Positions 1 through 6,253 of a DNA stretch of 12,453 nt are shown here, piece after piece. The notes below the pieces were generated by a model. It did not search any database. It saw only the letters and a program-made list of their open reading frames with translations, and was not told the DNA's origin. The number at the start of each line of letters is the position of its first letter. Within the stretch, counting starts at the first letter, position 1. The DNA lies in UHGV virus genome UHGV-0283832. The stretch is one strand, 5' to 3'. Position numbers and translations under genes: made by a program. The stretch comes from a virus.

Positions 1-345
1 ACCTGAAAAGGCGTTGCTTCAGGCATAGTAGTCTCCTGAGGTTTTATTAGAATCATTATGTTTGAGCGTAGCGTTGGTAACGCTACCAGGCGCGTGAATG
101 TTACCCCATTTTATGTATGGACATGTAGTGAAAACTACAACTTTGTCGTTCGCTTTGGCATCATCTTCATTATAAAGACGGAATTTTGCATCAGCTTCTC
201 ATCAGGAAAAACAACTAAAAAATCAATCACAATACTTGTGCATTTCTTTAAACAGTTTTTTAAAACTGACTCCGGGTATGGAGCTATGGGTATTTTCTGT
301 CCCCAATGCTTTTAACAGCAATTAATTTCATAGGATGAAAGCTTA

Positions 346-1284
346 ATGCACCAATCTGGTTCTGTTTCTCTTTGTCGTTCCGCAATATCTGTTCTGGTGG
401 CTACAGCGTTATATTCACCCATAGCATTAGCATCAACTGTTGAGTATGGTGAGACAGTTGATGGTGTTGTCCTGGAAAAAGATATCCAGCTGGTTTATGG
501 GGCCGCCAATAATACGAAAATCAATCCTGGCGGAGAACAGCATATATAAGAATTTGGTGTAAGTAGTAATACTGAAATTAACGGGGGATATCAGTACATT
601 GAAATAAATGGCACCGCAGAATACTCAGTATTAAATGATGGTTATCAAATTGTTCAAATGGGTGGCGCGGTAAACCAGACTACGATCAATAATGGAGTGC
701 TACAGGTTTATGGCGCGGCGACTGATCCCACGATTAAAGGAGGGCGCTTAATTGTTGAAAAAGATGGGATTGCCGTCTTTGCCGTTATCGAAAAGGGAGG
801 ACTACTGGAGGTTAAAGCAACAGGTGATTTCAAAATATTCGTGACGGACACCGGTGCCAGCCCGGCAGCAGGAGATAACCTTACACTGGTAACAACGGGC
901 GCGGTGATGCGGCATTTACGTTGGGCAATGCCGGAAGCGTTGTTGATATCAGTACGTATGAATATACCTTGCTGGATAATGGCAACCATAGCTGGAGTCT
1001 CACAGAGAATCGCGTACAAATGCCCCCTTCAACCACGGATGTGCTGAATATGGCGGCAGCACAACCGCTGGTATTTGATGCAGAACTGGACACCGTGCGT
1101 GAGCGTCTTGGTAGCGCAAAGGGCGGCGATGTGGAGTTCGGCAATTAACAGCCGCAACAGCGTGAACACTGATGCGGGAGCTGGCTTTGAGCAAACATTG
1201 ACGGGCCTGACGCTCGGTATCGATAGTCGTTTCTCCTGTGAAGAAAGCAGCACAACTCAGGCGGGTGTAGTCTGGACGTTCTGA
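346..1284 (+). pseudogene. AIDA-I/Ag43-type autotransporter adhesin remnant, disrupted and heavily shortened
   Basis: ORF at 346 starts with a signal-peptide-like MHQSGSVSLCRSAISVLVATALYSPIALA followed by passenger-type repeats (LQVYGAATDPTIKGG, TINNGVLQVYG). An in-frame TAA sits at ~547-549, with the same frame open again through 1047. Frame changes near ~920 and ~1075. The last segment (GFEQTLTGLTLGIDSRF ... VVWTF) ends in an aromatic residue like autotransporter beta-domains. About 0.94 kb in total, versus >2.5 kb for intact family members. Its position convergent with tRNA-Pro resembles the E. coli yejO locus, but that is context inference only. Confidence 0.6.
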
Positions 1285-1350
1285 TAACAGAAAATAAACA
1301 GGCCGTGATGTGTCGCGGTCTGTTTATCGAATTAAATGCAGATATAAAAA

Positions 1351-1378
1351 AACCAACCGCAATAGGTTGGTTTTCTTG
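1351..1378. terminator. Bidirectional rho-independent terminator (likely the native tRNA/autotransporter terminator)
   Basis: Perfect 8-bp stem AACCAACC / GGTTGGTT with loop GCAATA, A-run on the left and T-run on the right. It lies just downstream (minus-strand sense) of the displaced tRNA 3'-end remnant. Confidence 0.5.
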
Positions 1379-1385
1379 GGATTTT

Positions 1386-1399
1386 TGGTCGCACGAGAG
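1386..1399. repeat. Island left junction: degenerate direct repeat of the tRNA-Pro 3' end (att core remnant)
   Basis: TGGTCGCACGAGAG here versus TGGTCGGCACGAGAG at 12301-12315 (1-nt deletion). Homology stops right after CACGAGAG. Confidence 0.55.
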
Positions 1400-1460
1400 T
1401 AGTTTAATTTAGCGTGTAACCGCATGATTTTAATAAATATTATTGATTCAACTTTTAAAC

Positions 1461-1485
1461 CGTATAACCAAACGTATAACTAAAA
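1461..1485. repeat. Integrase arm-type binding-site repeats (CGTATAAC), left arm
   Basis: CGTATAACCAAACGTATAACTAAAA here; nearly the same string CGTATAACTAAACGTATAACTAAAA occurs at ~12146-12170 beside the integrase gene, together with two inverted copies (AGTTATACG). Confidence 0.5.
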
Positions 1486-1626
1486 TAATTTGCTGAAAAA
1501 ATGCACAATTTAAACGGCGATTGCCCTAGCGACTTCCATGATTCTACCTGGATTTTTTTTCGCTCATTCGTTTTTAAGCTGGTGGATGTTCCCCGATATG
1601 GTGATCACCATATCGGGATTTACTCC

Positions 1627-1874
1627 AGGTTAATGTTAACCTCTGCCCTGTTAACATTTTTACCAAAAAGGTAGTTAACATTTTTTGCTCGCAACCAGAT
1701 GAATCATAAAGACAAAATCAACAACAACGCTTCATCAGGCAGTTAACATGTTAACTACTACGAAACGGTAATTTTTTCTCTGCGTGAGAGGGGGCGCGGT
1801 GTCCAGCTTATTCGTTGTTCGTGGCTAACCACTCCCCCCCCATGCCGGATTTTTTTTCCGGTTAACTGTTAATC
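1627..1874. promoter_or_regulatory. Cluster of GTTAAC-containing palindromes and repeats
   Basis: AGGTTAA-TG-TTAACCT palindrome at 1627-1642; GTTAACATTTTT direct repeats at ~1650 and ~1674; perfect 16-bp palindrome AGTTAACATGTTAACT at 1741-1756; GTTAACTGTTAATC at ~1861-1874. Confidence 0.3.
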
Positions 1875-2123
1875 AGGCTGGTGGGTTTTACCTGTTCTGT
1901 AGGAGTGGTCATTATGGCCATCCCTTATATCGTCCGAATGCCGGACGAAGGCACACATCAACCGTAACGAAAATCGTTATGGTTGCCTTGATGGTCTGCG
2001 TGGTCATTATGACCATTCAGACAATGACCTTAATCAGAATTTTTCGCTAAAAAATGACGTTGACCACGTCGTCCGGAAAACACAAAATCCCGTCGATTTT
2101 TAATTAACGGTTAAACCGTCTTT

Positions 2124-2159
2124 TGTCACGGCGTGTCACTGGCTGTCACTCTCCGTCAC
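2124..2159. repeat. Four helically phased direct repeats of TGTCAC at 10-bp spacing
   Basis: TGTCAC at ~2124, 2134 and 2144, and GTCAC at ~2155, giving exact 10-bp periodicity. An ACGGTT-A-AACCGT palindrome lies just upstream at ~2107-2119. Confidence 0.35.
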
Positions 2160-2247
2160 GATTGGGCGTGGTGATTATCACCATTTAGAATCTAAAGGGT
2201 GACGCTTCCGGCCTCCTCAAATTGAGGTTTCCGAAAATATCAACCAG

Positions 2248-2430
2248 TTACCGCCGCAACCGCTCCGGCTTCTTCCAGTGGTACGTTATTTTCTCCTTCT
2301 CCCGATACATCTCAACGCGGCGACGGTAGGCCAGCAACTCAAGAACTCTGGTTCGTATGTTGCGCATATCCACGCCATTAAGCTGGATACCATCACGGCG
2401 GATTAATCCCAGTATTTCGGCTTCTGTCAT
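2248..2430 (-). CDS. Hypothetical small protein (60 aa), basic C-terminus
   Basis: ATG start with a G-rich Shine-Dalgarno (GGGGG about 5 nt upstream). Protein MTEAEILGLIRRDGIQLNGVDMRNIRTRVLELLAYRRRVEMYREKEKITYHWKKPERLRR. It sits directly beyond the cosQ side of cos copy A. No family recognised. Confidence 0.45.
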   Translation of the reverse strand: MTEAEILGLIRRDGIQLNGVDMRNIRTRVLELLAYRRRVEMYREKEKITYHWKKPERLRR

Positions 2431-2458
2431 TGTGCCCCCATCGCTCTGATAGTCTGGT

Positions 2459-2529
2459 GTCGTCGGGTCCTTCCTGGAATTATGGCCCGTTACGGGGCGG
2501 CGACCTCGCGGTTTTTCGCTATTTATGAG
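2459..2529 (+). other. Lambda-type cos site, copy A (cosQ-like, cosN, start of cosB)
   Basis: GGGTCCTTCC...GTTACG|GGGCGGCGACCT|CGCGGTTTTTCGCTATTTATGA. This is near-identical to the phage lambda cohesive-end region as I recall it (right end ...GGGTCCTTTCCGGTGATCCGACAGGTTACG, 12-nt cohesive end GGGCGGCGACCT, left end CGCGGGTTTTCGCTATTTATGAAAA). cosN is at ~2495-2506. Confidence 0.7.
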
Positions 2530-2543
2530 CTTTTTTAGAGGGA

Positions 2544-2701
2544 GGTTGTTGTTTAATTGTTTGTCATATCCATTTGATAACTAAGTAAAAATAAAGAGCA
2601 ATACAACAACCTGATAGTGTTTTTTTGATGCTAAAAATAAAAAAATGCTAATTGAATCAAATAGTTTTAAAAAAATACGTGGTTGTTGTATTGCGTATTT
2701 G
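2544..2701. repeat. cosB-like terminase-binding repeat triad (GGTTGTTGT...) with an A-tract-rich spacer
   Basis: GGTTGTTGTTTAATTG at ~2544; inverted CAATACAACAACC at ~2599-2611; direct GGTTGTTGTATTG at ~2681-2693. A-tract-rich DNA with a weak IHF-like AATCAAatagTTT lies between copies 2 and 3. The layout mirrors lambda cosB (R3-I1-R2-R1), but the repeat sequence differs from lambda R sites. Confidence 0.45.
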
Positions 2702-2723
2702 ATGGCGTAACAGAAAGTGATTT

Positions 2724-3164
2724 TTAACTTTGCTGTTCTGTAACGACTGATTGTTCCATGCTGGCACGGCGAACGCTTACGGCATGACGCCACCCAGCCA
2801 GAAAGCCAGCCATTTTATTTCGTGCCTTGCTCACATCTTCCGGTGAATAGCCGTAAATCTGCAAACCTTCATCAAATCGATGTTCTGTTTCTTCACTGGA
2901 GTACTCGTCACGCTCAGATGAAAGCAGCCTGGCAAACATAATTTTTTCCAGCGCACTGGTTTCTACGTGATATCTGATGGCCTCAAGACGGCTTTTACCT
3001 GAAGACCAAAGCAATGTATGCCCGATGTGATAACCGCCAGACTTTCCGCGATCCGCATTAAGATACGGCATCCCCTGTTTGGTCCATGCGCGAATAGTGG
3101 TTCTGTTAACCTTGAAATGTTCAGCTATTTCCTGCTGACTTACAAAACAAGCTTTATCAATCAT
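2724..3164 (-). CDS. Lambda Nu1-like (terminase small subunit N-terminal HTH) DNA-binding protein; candidate packaging-specificity / helper-packaging redirection factor
   Basis: N-terminus VSQQEIAEHFKVNRTTIRAWTKQGMPYLNADRGKSGG aligns with lambda gpNu1 NKKQLADIFGASIRTIQNWQEQGMPVLRGGGKG. ATG with AAGGT Shine-Dalgarno. At 146 aa it is shorter than Nu1 and no large terminase follows. Cos copy B lies immediately upstream, as cos lies before Nu1 in lambda. Confidence 0.75.
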   Translation of the reverse strand: MIDKACFVSQQEIAEHFKVNRTTIRAWTKQGMPYLNADRGKSGGYHIGHTLLWSSGKSRLEAIRYHVETSALEKIMFARLLSSERDEYSSEETEHRFDEGLQIYGYSPEDVSKARNKMAGFLAGWRHAVSVRRASMEQSVVTEQQS

Positions 3165-3221
3165 AATGTTACCTTAACTGCATGGTTAAATATTAATCAA
3201 GTGGTGGTGGTGTCACCTTCA

Positions 3222-3297
3222 CGGAAAAACGTCATAAATAGCGAAAACCCGCGAGGTCGCCGCCCCGTAACGGGTCCATATGCCGGAAAGGACCCGT
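3222..3297 (-). other. Lambda-type cos site, copy B (inverted relative to copy A)
   Basis: Reverse complement reads ACGGGTCCTTTCCGGCATATGGACCCGTTACG|GGGCGGCGACCT|CGCGGGTTTTCGCTATTTATGA. cosN reverse complement (AGGTCGCCGCCC) is at ~3254-3265. About 65 bp is near-identical to copy A in inverted orientation. Confidence 0.65.
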
Positions 3298-3325
3298 AAA
3301 AAAAGCCGGATTTCTCCGGCCTTAT
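3298..3325 (-). terminator. Rho-independent terminator of the morphogenesis operon
   Basis: On the minus strand: stem GCCGGA / TCCGGC with a 4-nt loop followed by a T-run, immediately after the stop of the 137-aa gene. Confidence 0.6.
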
Positions 3326-3326
3326 G

Positions 3327-3740
3327 TCAGATGGTTTTCAGTATGCGATCGACGTCGCCTTCATCGCCCTGGTTTCTGCCGTCGTATGCCATGCCGGGTG
3401 ATACGGCTTTCGGGCTGTGCATGTCCATAAAGTTTTCAAAGGCTGCGGTAAGCTCCGGCGCAACCTTTGGGCGCTCCTGCTCTATGGTCATGTTCAGGAT
3501 TTCACGAGCATTATCGACGCTAATACATGGCACGTTTGCCATTGCACGTAACAGCGGCTGATAGTCGTTATGTTCATGAAGCGCCATAATCGCATCAGCG
3601 CGCGGCTTGTCCTGCTCTTCCAGTTTGTTGAGTTGATATACGGCCTCGTAGGTTGATAAACCTCTGTCAGCCATTGCCCGCGCTTCTGCTTTAAATTTAC
3701 TCGCCAGCGGTAGCGCCATGATGCTTTCATTCGTTGCCAT
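3327..3740 (-). CDS. Hypothetical acidic protein (137 aa), last gene of the capsid operon
   Basis: ATG with GGGGA Shine-Dalgarno 4-5 nt upstream and natural composition (MATNESIMALPLASKFKAEARAMADRG...). The competing 99-aa ORF 3494-3793 in another frame is R/W-rich and rejected. No family recognised. Confidence 0.6.
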   Translation of the reverse strand: MATNESIMALPLASKFKAEARAMADRGLSTYEAVYQLNKLEEQDKPRADAIMALHEHNDYQPLLRAMANVPCISVDNAREILNMTIEQERPKVAPELTAAFENFMDMHSPKAVSPGMAYDGRNQGDEGDVDRILKTI

Positions 3741-3752
3741 CGTTTCCCCTGC

Positions 3753-4040
3753 TTATCGCGCCAGCGGCTGAACGGATACGCCAGAACCCGCAAAGGCGGC
3801 GCATTTTTTCGCGTCAGTGTCGGCGCTCTCAGGCCAGTTTACGGCGGCGATATTAAATATCCCCGTCTTGTAACACTGTGCTGATTTCTGCTTTGACGTG
3901 TCCACGGGGTACGAGGTCAGATAAACAGCCTTCCCAGATTCCTGACCATCCCACGGCTTAAACTCGCCATTGTCCGCCAGCATCAGCGGCAAAATGTACC
4001 AGCGTCGTGGATACCTGCTGACTGCCTGCAAATAACTCAA
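3753..4040 (-). CDS. Hypothetical protein, start uncertain (TTG at 4040 or ATG at ~3983)
   Basis: ORF fills the gap between the capsid gene and the 137-aa gene. Its stop overlaps the Shine-Dalgarno of the downstream gene, suggesting operon coupling. No convincing Shine-Dalgarno for either start. Confidence 0.35.
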   Translation of the reverse strand: MSYLQAVSRYPRRWYILPLMLADNGEFKPWDGQESGKAVYLTSYPVDTSKQKSAQCYKTGIFNIAAVNWPESADTDAKKCAAFAGSGVSVQPLAR

Positions 4041-4067
4041 TGTATGGAGTGTCCATAGAATCCCCCG

Positions 4068-5123
4068 TTAAGCAATTTTGACGGTAACAAATTTGCGAAT
4101 ATCTGCCGGAACCGGCTGCGGTGCGCTGTGCGTCTGCACGTACTCAATCGCCGGATCGCCGTCCTCAATCCAGTTTTTCGGGTAGTACATGTTTTGCGTT
4201 GCGCCTGTTCTTACCGCTTCCTGATCCATAATCGCACCATAGGCCACCAGCCCTTTGTTGTTGGTGTTGCCCAGGACCAGTAAATCAGGCTCAAGGAAAT
4301 ATTTTTCTGTGCCGTCGCTGTCGGCGTATTTGCCGGCATAGACGATAAGGGCAATATCGCCCAGATAGCCTTTAAAGCTCACCACTTCGCCCAGGTTTTT
4401 ACAGGCCAGTTCTGCGGCGGATTCTGAACCACGGGAAAGATCGTACAGCTCACGGAATTTTTTAAAGCTGCGTAACGTGCGCCATACCTCAACGCCCATA
4501 ATCATGACGTTTGCGGGGCAACCAGCCTGATCAGCATAAAGCTCGATGTCATAGATTGGATCGTGTGTTTCCTTATCTGCCTCTGACCACTTTTTACCCG
4601 GTCCCTGTCTGGCGATATTTTTACTTGGGATCTTCCAGTCGATTTCATAGCGTTCTATGCCTTCGCCCTCAATGATGTTTTTTCCGGTCGTTATCGCATT
4701 CACCGCCAGCCATTCCACGCGCGCTTTAATGGCGTTTATCTGGCGGCGCATGTTGCCAGTAATCAGGCGCATACGGCGGTAGGTAGGGTCGTTAAGCTGT
4801 GCCGGATCTTCTCCAGCCATGCGCATTATTGTTTTTAATGGATCGATTTCGTGTTTTGGCTTCATGTAGCCAGGGCGAATAATGCTGGTTTCGTACCCTT
4901 TATCGCGCTGAACCTGGCTACCAACCATAGGCGAACAAAACGCCGACATAGTGACTTCTTCAATATCCAGGTTATCTAACATGATGTCCTGTGTGTTGAA
5001 TGTCGCCACGTTCGGGAAAAACAGCGCGGTAAACAGCGGACTAAATTTAAATTCCGCAATATCCTCGCGATTCAGGTACGCGAAAAGCTGGTGTGTGTTA
5101 AGTGCCATTGCGTTGACTGCCAT
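4068..5123 (-). CDS. Major capsid protein, lambda gpE-like (HK97 fold)
   Basis: 351 aa with collinear motifs matching lambda gpE across the whole length: FKFSPLF, PGYMKPKHE, EDPAQLNDPTYRRMR, WSEADKETHDP, DIELYA, RSFKKF, RGSESA, KNLGEVVSFKGYLGDIALIVYAGKY, FLEPDLLVLGNT, YPKNWIEDGDPAIEY, QTHSAP. Start overlaps the upstream ORF stop (TAATG). Confidence 0.85.
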   Translation of the reverse strand: MAVNAMALNTHQLFAYLNREDIAEFKFSPLFTALFFPNVATFNTQDIMLDNLDIEEVTMSAFCSPMVGSQVQRDKGYETSIIRPGYMKPKHEIDPLKTIMRMAGEDPAQLNDPTYRRMRLITGNMRRQINAIKARVEWLAVNAITTGKNIIEGEGIERYEIDWKIPSKNIARQGPGKKWSEADKETHDPIYDIELYADQAGCPANVMIMGVEVWRTLRSFKKFRELYDLSRGSESAAELACKNLGEVVSFKGYLGDIALIVYAGKYADSDGTEKYFLEPDLLVLGNTNNKGLVAYGAIMDQEAVRTGATQNMYYPKNWIEDGDPAIEYVQTHSAPQPVPADIRKFVTVKIA

Positions 5124-5329
5124 TATTCACCCCCATGAGTCTGATTTATGCCCAGCGCCGCGCGTAAATAGGAGCGTACCTGCCAGCCTGTTGACGGCTC
5201 AACCATCGCCAGCGGATCAAGTCCTGCCGCAATGCCTGCTTTTACGTTCTGCTGGTGGCGTTCCTTGAGCGCCTTCACGATGTCGGGGCTTATGTACACC
5301 GAAACACCGCCTTTTCTCTCTTCAGCCAT
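5123..5329 (-). CDS. Hypothetical small protein (68 aa), first gene of the capsid operon
   Basis: ATG with AGAGGA Shine-Dalgarno; translationally coupled to the capsid gene. No family recognised; not similar to lambda gpD or Nu3 as far as I can recall. Confidence 0.5.
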   Translation of the reverse strand: MAEERKGGVSVYISPDIVKALKERHQQNVKAGIAAGLDPLAMVEPSTGWQVRSYLRAALGINQTHGGE

Positions 5330-5364
5330 AGTAAGAAATTCCTCTTCGACTTAAAAAATCATAA

Positions 5365-5413
5365 CTGGATGTTCATCCAGCTCTGATTATAATCAGGATT
5401 GCATTTTGTGCAA
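5365..5413 (-). promoter_or_regulatory. Candidate sigma70 promoter with overlapping palindromic operators for the capsid operon
   Basis: Minus strand reads TTGCAC - 16 nt - TATAAT. The -10 lies inside the perfect 14-bp palindrome CTGATTATAATCAG (~5383-5396). CTGGATG-TT-CATCCAG (~5365-5380) lies at about +1, and TTGCA-ttttg-TGCAA at ~5399-5413. Confidence 0.35.
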
Positions 5414-5493
5414 TGATATTGAGTTACATTGCAAATTATGAAATGATTATCCCGATCATGTGTGTCAGTGCACCAAAAAACCTCATATGCAAA

Positions 5494-5531
5494 AGCCCGA
5501 TAAGCCACCTCTGACCTTATCGGGCTTTTTT
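5494..5531. terminator. Stem-loop terminator (10-bp stem GCCCGATAAG / CTTATCGGGC followed by T7)
   Basis: Long perfect stem followed by TTTTTTT on the plus strand and flanked by an A-run on the other side. Probably insulates the capsid promoter from the replication operon. Confidence 0.5.
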
Positions 5532-5537
5532 TGGGCG

Positions 5538-5559
5538 CAAAAAAGCCGGATTGCTCCGG
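5538..5559 (-). terminator. Rho-independent terminator of the replication operon
   Basis: Minus strand: GCCGGA-GCAA-TCCGGC followed by TTTTTT, about 25 nt after the PerC-like stop. Confidence 0.55.
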
Positions 5560-5583
5560 CTGTGTGGTGTGGTTCTGGTATTC

Positions 5584-5832
5584 CTACTCTGCTAATTTGC
5601 TCAGCCCCATGTCTGCGTAAGTGCGATTTACTGCATTTCTCAGGTCTGCATAGTTCTCCGTTGGCGGCTCCGGTGGCCTCTGTGCCTTCCTGGAACATTC
5701 CAGCCGTCGCATCGTAACCTGATGCCGTTCCTTGTCTGTCTCCACCAGTTGCATGACTTCACCCCATCGTGCCGCCGCCCTCCGGTAAAAGCCTTTTGCC
5801 TCTAGTTCCTCCGCTATGCGGTCATGTACCAT
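5584..5832 (-). CDS. PerC-family transcriptional regulator-like protein
   Basis: Taken from the internal ATG (MVHDRIAEELEAKGFYRRAAARWGEVMQ...) with GGTGAGG Shine-Dalgarno. The AE-LE-KG-YRRAA-RW signature resembles PerC/Pch-type regulators. The track ORF extends further 5' to 5952, but that part overlaps the SSB gene. Confidence 0.55.
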   Translation of the reverse strand: MVHDRIAEELEAKGFYRRAAARWGEVMQLVETDKERHQVTMRRLECSRKAQRPPEPPTENYADLRNAVNRTYADMGLSKLAE

Positions 5833-5842
5833 CCTCACCCCC

Positions 5843-6253
5843 TCAGAACGGAATATCATCACCGTAAGGGTCATCGCCTCCCGCTGGTGGCTGATTACCC
5901 TGTGTGCCTGTGGTTTTGCGTCTGTTCCCGCCAGGACGTGCCGCACGGGCACTGATTACGCTGTCTGCAATAACCTGATAACCCTGCCGCGTTTCCCCGT
6001 TCTGTCCGGTCCACTGGCTGACCTGCATCGTGCCGGATACGCTGGCAACGTCGCCTTTTTGATGTTTAGCCAGGAAGTCGGCCTGCTTACCAAATGCGAT
6101 GACCGATAGCCATAACGTCGCCTGCCCATCCTGCGCCTGACTACATGGCAACGATACCGCCATACGCGCCAGCGTCATCGGTGTGCCCTTGCTGGTCTGT
6201 TTTACCTGCGGGTCGTCCACCAGCCGCCCGTAAGCGGCTATCTGTGCTGTCAT
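5843..6253 (-). CDS. ssb: Single-stranded DNA-binding protein (short SSB)
   Basis: OB-fold-like N-terminal region (IAAYGRLVDDPQV...LARMAVSL...LWLSVIAFGKQADFLAKHQKGDVASVSGTMQVSQWTGQNGETRQGYQVIADSV), Gly/Pro-rich linker and the canonical acidic tail ending DDIPF. ATGA overlap with the upstream ORF. Confidence 0.8.
   Translation of the reverse strand: MTAQIAAYGRLVDDPQVKQTSKGTPMTLARMAVSLPCSQAQDGQATLWLSVIAFGKQADFLAKHQKGDVASVSGTMQVSQWTGQNGETRQGYQVIADSVISARAARPGGNRRKTTGTQGNQPPAGGDDPYGDDIPF

Larger units (their letters stand above)
1592..2183. promoter_or_regulatory. Array of dyad-symmetric operator-like sites with half-site TGGT(C/G)AT
   Basis: Perfect 26-bp palindrome CCCGATATGGTGA|TCACCATATCGGG at 1592-1617; TGGTCAT-T-ATGGCCA at ~1906-1920; perfect TGGTCAT-T-ATGACCA at ~2001-2015; perfect TGGTGAT-T-ATCACCA at ~2169-2183. 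No ORF of 60 aa or more anywhere in 1285-2247. Confidence 0.35.

Noticed and set aside
58-315. 85-aa plus-strand ORF upstream of the autotransporter
   Set aside because: Lies in an AT-rich promoter region, F/I-rich, no Shine-Dalgarno; probably non-coding leader or promoter DNA.
1845-1861. Hairpin CCGGA-T8-TCCGG as a terminator
   Set aside because: The T-run is in the loop rather than following the stem, so it does not fit a rho-independent terminator; kept only as part of the structured left arm.
2459-3297. Inverted repeats interpreted as terminal repeats of an insertion sequence or MITE
   Set aside because: The repeats match the lambda cohesive-end site (cosQ-cosN-cosB start) rather than IS termini, the enclosed gene is Nu1-like and not a transposase, and no target-site duplication is evident.
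2581-3561. ORFs 2581-2793 (minus), 3018-3299 (plus), 3280-3561 (plus)
   Set aside because: They overlap the cosB repeat region, the cos copy B / Nu1-like gene, or the 137-aa gene in antisense or alternate frames. Low-complexity products with no start signals.
3494-3793. 99-aa minus-strand ORF overlapping the 137-aa gene in another frame
   Set aside because: R/W-rich product with no Shine-Dalgarno; the overlapping 137-aa frame has a strong Shine-Dalgarno and ends at a terminator.
5383-5396. Possible LexA (SOS) box in the capsid-operon promoter
   Set aside because: The palindrome is CTG-N8-CAG (14 bp), not the CTGT-N8-ACAG (16 bp) LexA consensus.
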